A stretch of 44,607 nucleotides of DNA from Saprolegnia diclina VS20. Lineage: Eukaryota. The position numbers and the translations under genes are program-made. The notes beneath the pieces are model-generated. The model did not search any database and had not been told where the DNA came from. It saw nothing but the letters and a program-made list of their open reading frames with translations. This document shows positions 10,509 through 22,000 of this stretch, in pieces (position 1 is the first letter of the stretch; every line of letters starts with the position of its first letter). The stretch spans positions 430,372 to 474,978 of the forward strand of contig NW_008246099.1 of assembly GCF_000281045.1 (NCBI RefSeq), given 5' to 3'.

Positions 10509-12502
10509 ATGGAAGCGCTCTTGGCCGACGAAGAGAACCAGTCCCGGCGTACGTTCTGCCAGCTCTCCTTCGGGACGATCTACGACAATGCGGAGCGGGG
10601 CCAGACGTCCGTGTCCAACCTGCTCCACTTCTTTGAGCGGCAGAGCGCAGCCCAGCGCAAGCATGCTGAAACTATGCTCGAGTACGTGAACGACGTCTTC
10701 AAGCCCACGGAGACCAATGGCATTGGCGAGCTCCCGGCCTATGAAGAGCAAGGCACGAGCATTAAGCGTACGCTTGGCCAGCTGCAGCAGTATGCGCTGG
10801 CACTCCACACGCAGCAGCTCGTTTGGACGCAGGTCGTGGACGAGCATGTCACGCGCCCGCTCTCGTCGCTGCAGTCAGCATCGAGCAGCTACATTCAAAC
10901 CCTCGAGAACGAGATTGTGCGCGTGAACGAAGAGTATTCGATGGTACAAGCCATGCAGATCAAGGTAATGCGACACTGGAGGAGTATGGTTCAATCCCCC
11001 GACCAGGTCAACGACGCTTTTACGGAAGCGAAGCGCCATGTTGCCGACGCCAAGGCCCAGCAGCGCCGTGCGCTGCACGTATGCTATTCTATTACACGAA
11101 TATCTGTCTGTCTAAAGGCACAGCGTAGGAGATTGGTGTCCCGTCGTTCGAGCTGCAGCGGCTCGCTGCGCGTGTGACCAAGTGCGAGCGTGCGCTTCGC
11201 GAAGCGAACGAGGAGAAGGTTGCAACGAAGAAGCTTCTTCTCGCCAAGATCATCGCTCGCGACGAGATGGCCATGGCCGTCAGCGTCGCGTACCAACGCG
11301 CAGAGGAAGAGCGCATGGACCAGATCGCGTCGTGCCTCAAGATGTGGGTTTCGGTCGAGCGAGACCAACTGAAGTTCCGCGAAGCCCAATTGCGCGCAAT
11401 GGACGAGCTAACGACGCGCCTCGACCGGTCTGCTGATCTGCAGTTGCTCATCCACGTGCGCGCTTGATGGTGATCTACCGCCTCGTCATGACTTGCCACG
11501 TAGAACCGTCAAAACCCGGACAATTTGCATTTCCAAGGAAAAGCGCTCTCGATCTTGGAGTGGCACTGGGAGCGCGAGCTGCCTCAAGCGGCAACGACGA
11601 CCACGGACGATCCATTGGACGAAGACGAGCTTGACGCGGCGACCATTACAGCTGCTGCGCCGTCGCTACCGTCCGTCCAAGACAGCCTCTCGCGTCTGTT
11701 CGAGTCTATTGTACTGCCAGACGAGGGCGACGAGGTCGAGCTGCCTCCCGGATTCTTTGATGACATTGGGCAATGGTGCGCGACCCACGACGGCCGCCTC
11801 GAGTTTGTAAAGACGCTCAATCGCCAACGCAGTGTCGATACGAAGCTCTACCACGTCGGCTGCTTTCGGCACCTTGTCGCGTGCTTTGATGTGTTCTTCG
11901 ATGCGTGCGCCGCCCAGGACGACGTCAAAGCGGCCAAGACCGCGATGATGTTGGCGGCGACGTTCTACCACGTGCCAATCGAGCACCGCGACGCTGCAAG
12001 TGCTGTCGACGACGAGGGCCACCACCGCATTGAGCGCAAGTACGTGCAGGAGGATATCAAGCATCACGTCATTTGGCGCAACGCCAAGTTTTGGGAGAAG
12101 GCGCTGCTTCTTGCCATCGGCGAAGAGCTCCACAAGGCACCCCAGGAGGTCCCTTGGGAAGAGCTCCCGACCAACGTACCCCGCAGCCACGGTATACCCT
12201 ATCCATGCACACTGTCCTCAAACATTTTGTGCAGGCGTGTTTACGCGAGAAGAAGCTGTGAGTCTCGTCCACAACATTGTGGTAGGCAACAGGACCTGTC
12301 TACTGTATTCAGCTAATGCCAAACCGTGTAGTTTGGGCAACTCGGATCGTTTACGCTGAGCATGCTGGAGCTGGACGTTCCGATTGAAGACATTCGCCAC
12401 TTTATCGAGACAATGTGCGACGCGCATGAGCTCACGGAGGACCAGCGCTTCATACTTCGCGCCAACCTTCGCGACATTGTACTCAAGGGCTCGTCGCTGT
12501 AG
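10509..12502 (+). CDS. F-BAR/FCH-like N-terminus plus SBF2-like C-terminal domain protein, multi-exon
   Basis: FCH-like helix (FGTIYDNAERGQTSVSNLLHFFERQ...), coiled coil ending AYQRAEEERMDQI; C-terminal FVKTLNRQRS, HVIWRNAKFWEKAL and FGQLGSFTLSML...IRHFIETMC; stop TAG 12500-12502. Family names from recalled motifs. Confidence 0.65.
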
Positions 12503-13502
12503 CGCCGTAGTAGTCGAAGAGCAACGTCGCTTGCATGGCTTTGAATCGAGTAGTGTTTTCCATGGGCCGTTGTCCAAGGGGAAGCTGCTGTACGACTGTG
12601 GCGAGCGATGGCTCGTTGGTCAAGAGGACGTGAAGAAGTGGGAGGTACACCTGAGCATTGCCCTCGATGCTCGCAAGGTGTAAGCCTACGTCGAGCTGCC
12701 GGGTCCACTCGGCGGCGGTAAGTTGACGGCGGTTCAGCAGCCACTGCAGTGTGGCCCCATGAGATAGTTCAAATGCAATTTCGACGGCAAGCGTGATGTA
12801 CCGTTGACCCAGAGCTTGATCTTGGAACCACGGACCATGGCAGAGCACATCCAAGCGTAGACTCGGCGACGCAACGAGGGCTTGGAGAACGAGGAGGTGG
12901 TTGCGACGAGTCGCGAGCACGAAGCCGTGGCCGACACTATGCTCGCCCCAAGTCACGTTGGAGGCGCTGAGGAGTGCAGTCACAACGGAAACGTAGCCCT
13001 CGCGACAGGCTTCAAAGAAGGCGTCTTCAGCATCGATAGAGTTCACGGCTAAGAGAGCGAGGACGACATGGAGCTCGCCAAAGTGCGCTGCAAACTGCAT
13101 CGGTGACAGCTCCTTGACCGAACCCGCTTTGGTCTTTACGAGTACAGTCACTTGTCGCTCAAGGCGCGGAAGGTAGGCTGCGATCTTTTGCGCTCGTTCA
13201 AAATCCCATTTCATGTGGTTGACTTCGCGTTGGTCGAGGACCTGCTGCATGATGTCGTCCAGATCTAGGTCGGGCTGGAATTGCACGCGGTCTTGGTACA
13301 GCTTGGCGGCGATTTGGACCTCGGCATCTGTCAAGTCCCTCGAGCGGGACGTGACGAGAACGGCGGTGCCTGTGGGCGGTGGTTTGTACTTGCGACCACA
13401 CAGCGCCTCCCACGTCTCGCCGAGCAAGAGTCCGTTGTGTACCATGCCGTCAGTCAAGGCGGCCAGGAAGGCGTCCTCGAGGAACTCCACGGGCTCACAC
13501 AT
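12483..13502 (-). CDS. Ankyrin-repeat protein
   Basis: 339-aa ORF with ankyrin-like units SPMQFAAHFGELHVVLALL, FFEACREGYVSVVTALL, LATRRNHLLVLQALV and LHLASIEGNAQVYLPLL. Confidence 0.75.
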   Translation of the reverse strand: MCEPVEFLEDAFLAALTDGMVHNGLLLGETWEALCGRKYKPPPTGTAVLVTSRSRDLTDAEVQIAAKLYQDRVQFQPDLDLDDIMQQVLDQREVNHMKWDFERAQKIAAYLPRLERQVTVLVKTKAGSVKELSPMQFAAHFGELHVVLALLAVNSIDAEDAFFEACREGYVSVVTALLSASNVTWGEHSVGHGFVLATRRNHLLVLQALVASPSLRLDVLCHGPWFQDQALGQRYITLAVEIAFELSHGATLQWLLNRRQLTAAEWTRQLDVGLHLASIEGNAQVYLPLLHVLLTNEPSLATVVQQLPLGQRPMENTTRFKAMQATLLFDYYGATATSP

Positions 13503-13587
13503 GCGTCCGAAAGAAATGACGTAACGGCTTTGGTGGATAGCAATGCTGCTTTATAATTTACAGAGAGGACTTGACTGGCATGTGGCC

Positions 13588-14471
13588 TTAACTCCAGCGC
13601 TTACGCGTCGAAGAATTTGCGGCTGTGGAAGCTGTTGGCGCTGGCTGCTTAATCGGGACAAGGACGCGGGATGGTGGTAGTGTGCTGCCGTGATTGATCG
13701 TTGGGACACGGACGCGGCTCGGTTGTTCCCTGCTGAGATAACTATTATCAATCACCAGCAGCGTAAACGAACCTTGCCGCGGGTAGCTGATCTGAGATTG
13801 GTTTGCGCGACGGGGCGACCCGGTGCGGCGATGGCTTGGGCTTTGGCCCGGGCGACTGGAAGGTCACTTGTTTTGGCACACGGTTTTCGCCTTCGCCTGG
13901 AGTATCATCGTTGTTCCTCATTTTCTTGAGAATGCTATGGCCAGACGCGCCATGTGAGGGGCGGCGAACAGAGAACGAAGCACAAACCTTGGGTTCGTAT
14001 AGAGGAGCGTCGTACTCTTACGCTTAGCGCTGTGCGCCTGTGTGTGCTGCGTGAACGACTTCGCTGCGGATGCGTGGATTCGTTGGGACCGGCGGAGCTC
14101 TTGCACTGGAGTCACGTCCTTCGTGGCACGAAGCGTTGCTAGTTGATGCTCTTTCTCATGGACCTCGCCTTGCAACTGCCGCAGCTCTGCCGCTTGGCGA
14201 TCGATCTACGCGGAACCCTCAGACATTTCACAGTCAGACCGTGAGCTTGTACTGTGTCCTGGAGCGTCTGCGCTTCGGCTGCATGGGCTTCCTTGGCCAG
14301 CAAGAGCTGCCGATGTCCTTGGTGTTGTTCAAGGAGGCGCCACAGCATGCCCCCGAGGATCTCCATGTCCTCTGACCACATGGAGAAGGACATGCGCACG
14401 TCGTCCTTGAACTTGCGCATGGTCTTCCGCAGGTCGCGGAGCTGGCCAGCGTACGCGCTGACCGGGTCCAT
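13588..14471 (-). CDS. Hypothetical coiled-coil protein with Pro/Ser/Arg-rich tail, about 4 exons
   Basis: MDPVSAYAGQLRDLRK... splices to IDRQAAELRQLQGEVHEK..., ILKKMRNNDD...KQVTFQSP and ...STRKRWS* (TAA at 13588-13590). Confidence 0.6.
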
Positions 14472-14607
14472 CTGGCGGAGCTTTGGCGGAAACTGCGTAT
14501 GACGGGCTGCTTCAAAATTTGAAATAATTCCGGATAGATTAACCGGAAAGATGCGTCTTTTGAATCTGCCGCGATGGGAGGGAGCTTGGTGCACGGCGCT
14601 GCCTGTG

Positions 14608-14651
14608 GCCTAGACCATGGGTCAATAAATTTATTGACCCATGCCTAGACC
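14608..14651. repeat. Perfect 26-bp palindrome flanked by 9-bp direct repeats
   Basis: GCCTAGACC (14608-14616), ATGGGTCAATAAATTTATTGACCCAT (14617-14642), GCCTAGACC (14643-14651). Confidence 0.9.
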
Positions 14652-17600
14652 TTGTCAGCCTCGAAAAGGGTTGCCCCAGGTTGACACACATCGACTCTAG
14701 ATTATAGAGCCATTCTAGGCTCACGTACTGTAGTCTAGTTGTATGGACGCACTCGACTGGGCAAAGATGGATCGCAACGTTCTTACAACAACGAGCTCTA
14801 CGCGATGGCTGGCGTCGGGTGCGGCGGAGGGAATAGCACGACACTAAAGCACTGAAAGAGGTCTGACGACGAAAAGAACCCGCGCTCGACGGCGTGCATG
14901 TGACGCAGGAGAAAGGCAGCTTCCGTTGGTGTGAGATCGAGCGAGAGGCGAAAGCAAACATGCTTGAGGTCGGCGTTGCGGCACGTCGCGTCGTATTGGC
15001 CGCCGCGAGCTGCACCCGTCGTCATCTCGCGCGACGCTAGACCCTTGAACGCATGCCGAACGATGATGCTCCCGGTGCGAGACCAGTTGTGCACTCCAAC
15101 GTCGCGTAGCGTGCTCTCGAGTGTAAGCTTGCGTCGAAGGGCGCTTTGAATGCAAGACGTGTCCCAGGTCGCGATTGGTTCTCCTCTACGCCGCGCTTAG
15201 TCGTGCATCAACATTGGACGAGGTACAAAGGGCCACTGCGTGCATCCGAGTGCTGAGCTTGGTTGAGTCCTCGAATGAGCTCTACAAAGCCTAGGGAACA
15301 CAGCACGTCGTTCAGCATCGAAGGCTCGATATCCGAGGACCTACTGAGTTCCTTGGCACCACTCGGAACTATGCTGCGAACGAAAGCGACTGCGTCGTGC
15401 AGTGTTGGAATGGCCAAGCCCATGCGCGCCGATGCAAGTATTTCTGCGATCGCGTCGAGGCTCAGAACGATACAGCCACCGACGGACGGTTTGTACGGGT
15501 ACAAGTCAAAGCACAACTTGAGCTCGCTGCGCTTCTCGAGTATGCTGTTGACGAGACCGAGCTGCTTCGCTGCGGCCTGGCGCATCTGGCGCTCCTCGAC
15601 AACCTTCTGGTCCACGCTCGGGTTGGGCTGTAGCGCAAAGGTCAAGTCCTTGTCCTTCTCTTGCACCGGTGACTCGGTTTCGTCGTAGCGTAACGATAAG
15701 CTCGACCGACGGGCTGGGTAGTCGTGGCGTGCAGTGGTTGCCACTATTTGGACACTCTTCGAGTCGGTCCACGATTGCAAACTGACGTACGGGGCTCGGG
15801 CGTTGTAGGTGGGTCCAACAATAGCGCCGTATTGGAGAGATGCATCGCGTGACGGCGACGCTTGGCGCGAAGAGCTTCCAGCGTCGCAGAGATCGTTTCA
15901 TAGGCGACGACGCCGTCTTTCCGAGATGACAAGGTTGAGATGGCGGTTGACGCATCGCTCTGGGACATGAGCAGACCTGCCTCCTGCATGGCCCAGATAA
16001 AGTCGGCTTTCGAAAGCGACCCCGAGTGGGCCGAATCGATGCGCCGGCATACGCGCAGCACATTTGGTACCTAAATCAGAGGCTGGCAGAGGTGTTTGGA
16101 GCAGCGGCAGCACCTTGGCCTCAAGAACATCAATGAACCGCTGTTCTTCAAAGCGATACGTTCGTTCGTCGGCGTTTGCGTTGACATCTCGACTCTCTTT
16201 GCCAGCGCTCGCCTCTCCATTTACATCGTGCTGCAAGTGCTTGTAAAAGTCTTCGGCAATGACGTAGCCACGACCAGTTGGATCCAGTGTCCAAAAGAGT
16301 CCCTCAATTTCTGCATACCTAAAGTCGTGTAAGTGGAGTACGAGATAGCAAACCGAACCGAGAGACGATGCCCAGCTGAGCCAGTGACTGCCGCAACTGA
16401 CCGCGTGTGAGCCGACCGAAGCGATCTCCAGGAAATACGTTCCGGGCACTCTCAAGGTGGGTAGGGCCCGTCTCTTTGAGCGTTGCGAGCTTGTGCAGAA
16501 TGCGCGCCTCAAGGCAATTGTCCGCCGGTCGCGACTCAGTCTGGACGGGCAGCTGCAAAAACGTTGCGCCAAACTCGGACTTTGACTTTTGGTCTGGCAT
16601 CCGCACGAGGCTGTGGTGGGCTTCGGCGTTTCTACGGTGCACATAAATGCATACTGCAATAATACCGGGCAATAGGACACCTTTGCTCAGTGGTCTTTCC
16701 AGCGGCGAAAGCTGATCCGCCGGCACATCTATCAATCGCCATCTTCTTGCCGCGTTTTGCAGGTGATCCAGGCGCCGGAGCGCATGTTGCCCCTAGGACA
16801 TTTTGATCGAGATCACTCCGACATGGCCATCGATACCATGAAGTACGGACGCTGTCTTGTCGTGTAGCGCTGCGTGCAACGAAGCAATCGTGATGTCGCC
16901 ATTCGCATTCCTATATGCACCCAGTGAGTTTCGTAAACGAGATTCGGCTCGTACATGTACGGTTGAAGGCGCAGTCGAAGGCCCGTGAAGTCTGCGTTTG
17001 ACAAGGTAACACCACATGCACCGAGCACAGACCGAAGGTCGTCAGGCGACAAAACATCTCGGCCCTCTTTCGCCTTCTGTGCCAACTGAAGCTTGATGGC
17101 GTCAGTGACGGCCAAGACAGCCTCCCAAATCTACGCACCGGTACGTTTTCGCAACATTCGACTGTTGGTTTGGCACCTTTTGGTTGTGGAAAAGCGACGA
17201 CATTTTCACGCCAAGGAGGGCGAGAAAGCCGCTGTAGAGCAAGCCACACGTGTCGAGTACTGTCGGCGGCAGCTGTGCGTACAGCTGGTCGTATTCCTGG
17301 AGCGTAAAGTAGATGCCGAGGTGACCCATCGCAAGCTCAAACTCCTCCTTGGTCAAGTAGCCCGTGCACCCAACGTCCATCTTCAGAAACATGTCGCTGA
17401 GCTTGTCGTAATTGATTGTCGCGAGCTCAAGGCCACGGCGGAGGTTTGCGTGTGAATCCATTTGCCCGCTTGATCGGCTGATGCTCGGTACTGGTGACGG
17501 TGTGGCGACCGACACGCTTCGTAGCTGGCTCCAATGGCCCATGATCTGGCAAAACGTGTCGATGTCTATTGCAGCGTGAAGCAGCATACGTGAAGTGTGC

Positions 17601-18229
17601 GATCGACCGCACCGAGCTTCTTGGCCGACGTGGGGCAAAACGCGAGGAAGAGGTCGCGGGACTGAGCGTGCGAGATATCGTGGCCAAAAAGCCGCTTCAG
17701 CGCGGGTTGGAACTCCTTGAAGTCGAGTCGGTTATCCCCGTTAAGACTGAAGCGCCGCAGTGTGTCTTCCGGCTGCCGTTGAAGGCGCGCAAACAGCTCA
17801 ATTTGATGACGAAATCTCTCGACGAGACTTGCATTGTTGGCCAACGCACGAATCAGGTCCAGGTCTACGACACGCGGGTGTGCCACCGCGCAGCACCTCG
17901 TACTCTACCTGCAGGGTTCATTGCATCGAGCTTCGAGAGCATTGAAATCGGAGCGACCTTGCGCTCGAAGAGGTCACGGCCAAGCTCGGCCATCGAATGC
18001 ATAAGCCCAAAGCGTTCGCTTATGGTATCTTCAACAGTCACGACACTTGACGAAATTCGACACGCGTGCTTAACATTCGGCAATCCTCGTCGCCGACTAC
18101 GAATAGGCACATCTTCAGCTACAGGTTGTCCTTGGAGCCAACAGTATCTCGCACGCAGATGCTACAATGCCCAGGCTCGGTTGTTGGAGCGAGGTTCAGC
18201 GCACAAGTAAGGACGCCAGCGGGGTCCAT
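14645..18229 (-). CDS. Large multi-EF-hand protein (EFCAB6-like architecture), many small introns; ends approximate
   Basis: Successive exons carry EF-hand-like loops: RRFSLNGDNRLDFKEF, LKMDVGCTGYLTKEEF, WTLDPTGRGYVIAEDF and RRIDSAHSGSLSKADF, plus degenerate ones. Start ATG 18229 and stop TAG 14645-14647 are inferred. Confidence 0.65.
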
Positions 18230-18307
18230 TTACACTATTAAAGAAACATGAATAGTGTATGCGACATCGCCAGCGTCGGTAACAAAGTGACTTTTGTACG
18301 GTGCGCG

Positions 18308-18993
18308 ATGTCTCGGAAGTGGGCATATGACCTGAACGCGGGCGGCTCGGCCGCGCTGGAGCCGCTCGGCTGCAACAAGCACACGCTTGACGTACGCCAT
18401 TCGCACGCCTGTCGACAAGCTGACGTCTGCCACCGTAGGAGTCGCACGGCGCCGTCGCGACCAAGGGCGTTGACAACACGCTCGAGCTCAAGAAGAAGGT
18501 AACGCGTAGCAGTCCTGGGCCTGATGCTTATGGCATTTACGCTAGCGTGCGAACGAGGTGGCTACGGCTCCTTTCAAGGGTCTTTTTCAGACGGGCTTTA
18601 TGATGTGGATGTCTGGATCCTCGATCAACATTTTCAGCATCATGATCACGGCTATGGCCTTCGTCAACCCGGTCAAGGCCCTCTTCAACATCAACGGCGG
18701 TATGAGTAGTATCACTTGGTGACGCTCATACTCTGTATAGCGTTTGCCGCCTTGGACGACGGCAAGCTCGACTTGCTTCAATTCAAGCTCATTTTCGTCG
18801 CTTGCAACTTTGCAGCGATCGCTGTTGCGCTCTACAAGTGCGGGACCATGGGTCTTCTCCCAACCACAAGCTCCGACTGGACGTGGCTCCTGCCCATCAA
18901 AGAGGTTAGTTGCCGCAGTGGTCTGCATCGCTGGACGCTCATGCGTGCGTGTAGGCTGTGGAGGCCTCGGCAGCCGCCGTCCCTGTCTTTTAG
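18308..18993 (+). CDS. EMC4: ER membrane protein complex subunit 4 (TMEM85), 5 exons
   Basis: ATAPFKGLFQTGFMMWMSGSSINIFSIMITAM...NPVKALF and LYKCGTMGLLPTTSSDW are the EMC4 signature segments. Confidence 0.92.
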
Positions 18994-19056
18994 AAGCTTC
19001 TGAAGAGACGTCTTAGTCTACAATCCATTGTCCTTGGTTGTGTTTGATACATATGA

Positions 19057-22000
19057 CTATGACATGTTGCGGCCGCCAGTTTCGGGTGGGCATCGGTACT
19101 CCTCGGGCAGCATTGAGCGCTGCAACGCGTTGAAAGCGAACCGCCGCCGGCCCGTGTTCTTGAGCGCGTTTTCTATCCGCACGCCGCGCGACCGCATCGT
19201 CGAGACGATTTCGGGGATCTTGGCCTTGGGGAGCTCGTGGTTCCAGTGCAACAGGTGACCTAGTGGCAAGCGTGGGGGATATGACGATATCATCGTGGGC
19301 GTACCTTGTTCGAGGGTCACCGACATGCCCGTTCGATCTTTCGCGCTTTTGCAGACCGTGACGCGACCACCATGAAGCAGTCGCACGATACGCGACGAGA
19401 GCTGGAGCACCTCGGGCATTTTCTTGCGGCTGGCCATGCTCGCTTGGACCGCGGCTTCGAGCAACGCCATTGTCTCCTGCACCAGCGCCGCGTCGGGGGT
19501 GCCGCCGTGTTGGTCCACGTACGCAGCGACAAGTGGGCGCAGTGCCACGAGGTTGACCTCGTTGATGTAGTCTTGCAGCCGCTTGTGGTTGTGCGTCGAC
19601 ATGGCCAGCGTCTGCTTCTCATTGATGCCCGTCGAGAAGAGAAGCGGGTGCACGACGACCGTGGCCTTGCGCCGCGGCACGTGCACCTTGCCGAGACACT
19701 TGAGCAGAACGCGTACAACAAACTCGTCGTCCGTCGACTTCGCGTGGGCGTGCGTTCGCGCACCCAGGAGCGCATCGTCCATGTTGGTGTAGAGCTCGAC
19801 ACACACGACGGGGTTGCCCGCTTTGGCCTCGCTCGGCGACGACGCCCGCACGTCGTCTTCGACGAGGAGCATGCGGACGCGCTTGAGCGACGCGACGGCC
19901 ACCATCATGTCTTCGAGCATGCCGATCTCGGTACCGTGCGTCGAGAGGAGCGACTCGACCTCAAAGAGAAAGCCCATGTAGAGGAGTTGGTCCAGCGGCG
20001 CCTGCTTGTCCTCCGAGACGATGAGCTGCAGTTTGTGGCAGAACGCTGTCACGAGCGTCGAGAGCGCCTGCGGTACGACGACATCGAGGCGCGTCTCGAT
20101 GGCCCACTCGAGCTCGACGCGCTTGCGCTCCGACTGCGAGAGGTACTGCCACGTCGACGGAAACATGTTGGAGACCTTGAGCGGGCTCCGAAGCTTTGTG
20201 GCCGCTTGCTGCATGCTGTGGAGGCCGCCGTTCTTAAACTTGTGCACATGCGCCGCAAAGGCGCCGACCGTGATCGTCTCGTAGATGGCGGCGTCGGCAT
20301 GGGCAGCCTTGGACTTGGCGACGTGCATTTCTTGGACATGCAGGTTGATCGGGAGGAAGCGCAGGAGCGAGTCCTTCTTCTGTGTGCTCGCCTTGAAGCG
20401 CAGTTGTCGCGACTCGCGCACGTACACCACGTGGCGCGCCCGCTTGAGCAGCACGACGTAGTCACGGCGCAGCTTGGCGCGTTCGACGAGCCAGTCGCGG
20501 CACTGGCGACGGTCGGCCTCTTCCTGGATCTGCTCGAGCAAGTTTTCGTAGAGCGAACCCATCGACTGCTGTCGCTGCAACCGCGACGCTTCGAGGGCGA
20601 GAAACTGCTTGAGCTCTTGCTCGGCAAGGAGGTACTCCTTCGTGCGCCGCGCGAGAATGATGTCGAGGTATTGGCACGGAATCACGTTCGTATACGGGCT
20701 CTCCATGAGATCTTCCACGACCAAGATGTCCTGGTCTTGCAAATGAAACTGCGCCGTCAGGAGCGTGTCGGCCGGCGACGTAAAGAGCGTCGTTGTGTGG
20801 GTCTTCGGCGCGTTGTTCTGCAGCATCGAGAGGTGGGTTCGCCGAAGCTCATGGTCGCGGACCATCTGGATGTCGAGACGGCACGGCAGCAAGAACGAGC
20901 AGTTTTCGGGTTTGCTCCACACTTGCAGCGCCTCGGTAAAATGATCCATGTGGTCGAGCAGGAGCTGCGACTCCATCTGGAACGAGCACACGCACTGGTC
21001 CGACGGCGACACAAAGAGCATGTCGTCGTCGCCTTGGTCCTCGTCGTCTTCGTCATCCTCATCGTCCGAGTCGCTCTCTTCTTCCAGGTACTCGAGCCCA
21101 TCGAGCGGCGTCGAATGCGCGCTGCTGCTGCTGCTTGCGTTCGACTTGATCGTGTTGGCGCCGTAGTGCGTCGAAGGCGTCCGAGCAGTGTACACGAGAA
21201 ACCGGACGGGGATCGAGCTCGTAAGCGGCAGAAGGATCTGCGGCACCGACAAAAAGGCCACGTGATGTTCGTCGCGGACCGTCTCAGGGACCAGCGTGTC
21301 GGTCGAGTCGCCGCGCACCCACTGCCCCGCATCATCTTGGGTTTCGATCGCCACGTAGCAGCCGCGCGGGATGTGCTGCGGCACGAGAAGCCGGAGCGAG
21401 ACACCAAAGCTTGAAGCTTGGCTCAACATCTCGGCGTCCAGCTGCTTGATGAAGCTACGGCTCGACGACGTAACAACGGAGGCGGGGAGATCGTCCAACA
21501 TCTCGTCTTCGTTGTCATCCAAGTACGTGTCGGGCACAAGTACAGTCGTACCACGGTCGAGCGGAAGGTCTTCGGAGCCATCGTCGCCGTCCTTCTCTGC
21601 AAAAGTGATGCCAATGATGCGCGGCGTGACGACGGCTTCGCACGAGCAGTCGGTCTCCTCGTCGTTCTTGCGGAGCGACTTGGTCGCCGAGTTCCACTGG
21701 AGAAAGATGAAGCAGCATGGCGGAACGCACTGGGGGAGCCAGACGGTCGTGAGATACCAAACGTAGTACGGGACTTCGTTTTTGACAAACTGCATCGAGA
21801 ATGCAATGAGGTACGTGGCCGTCACGACGCCGATGAGCGACGTGTAGAGTCGCAGCGCCTTCATGAGGTAGATTTGCTGCGGCGAGTACGCGATGAGCTG
21901 CATGATCTTGGAGCCGCGGTGCATGACCATGAGTCCGAGGAAGAGCACGCCGAGCGTGAGGAGCGCCGAGACCGAGTACGTGGTGTTGGAGAACCACGTA

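Noticed and set aside
19306..21414. 702-aa + strand ORF
   Set aside because: Antisense shadow of the GPCR-INPP CDS. Strong GC3 bias suppresses stops on the opposite strand, and the R/V/L/H-rich translation has no motifs.
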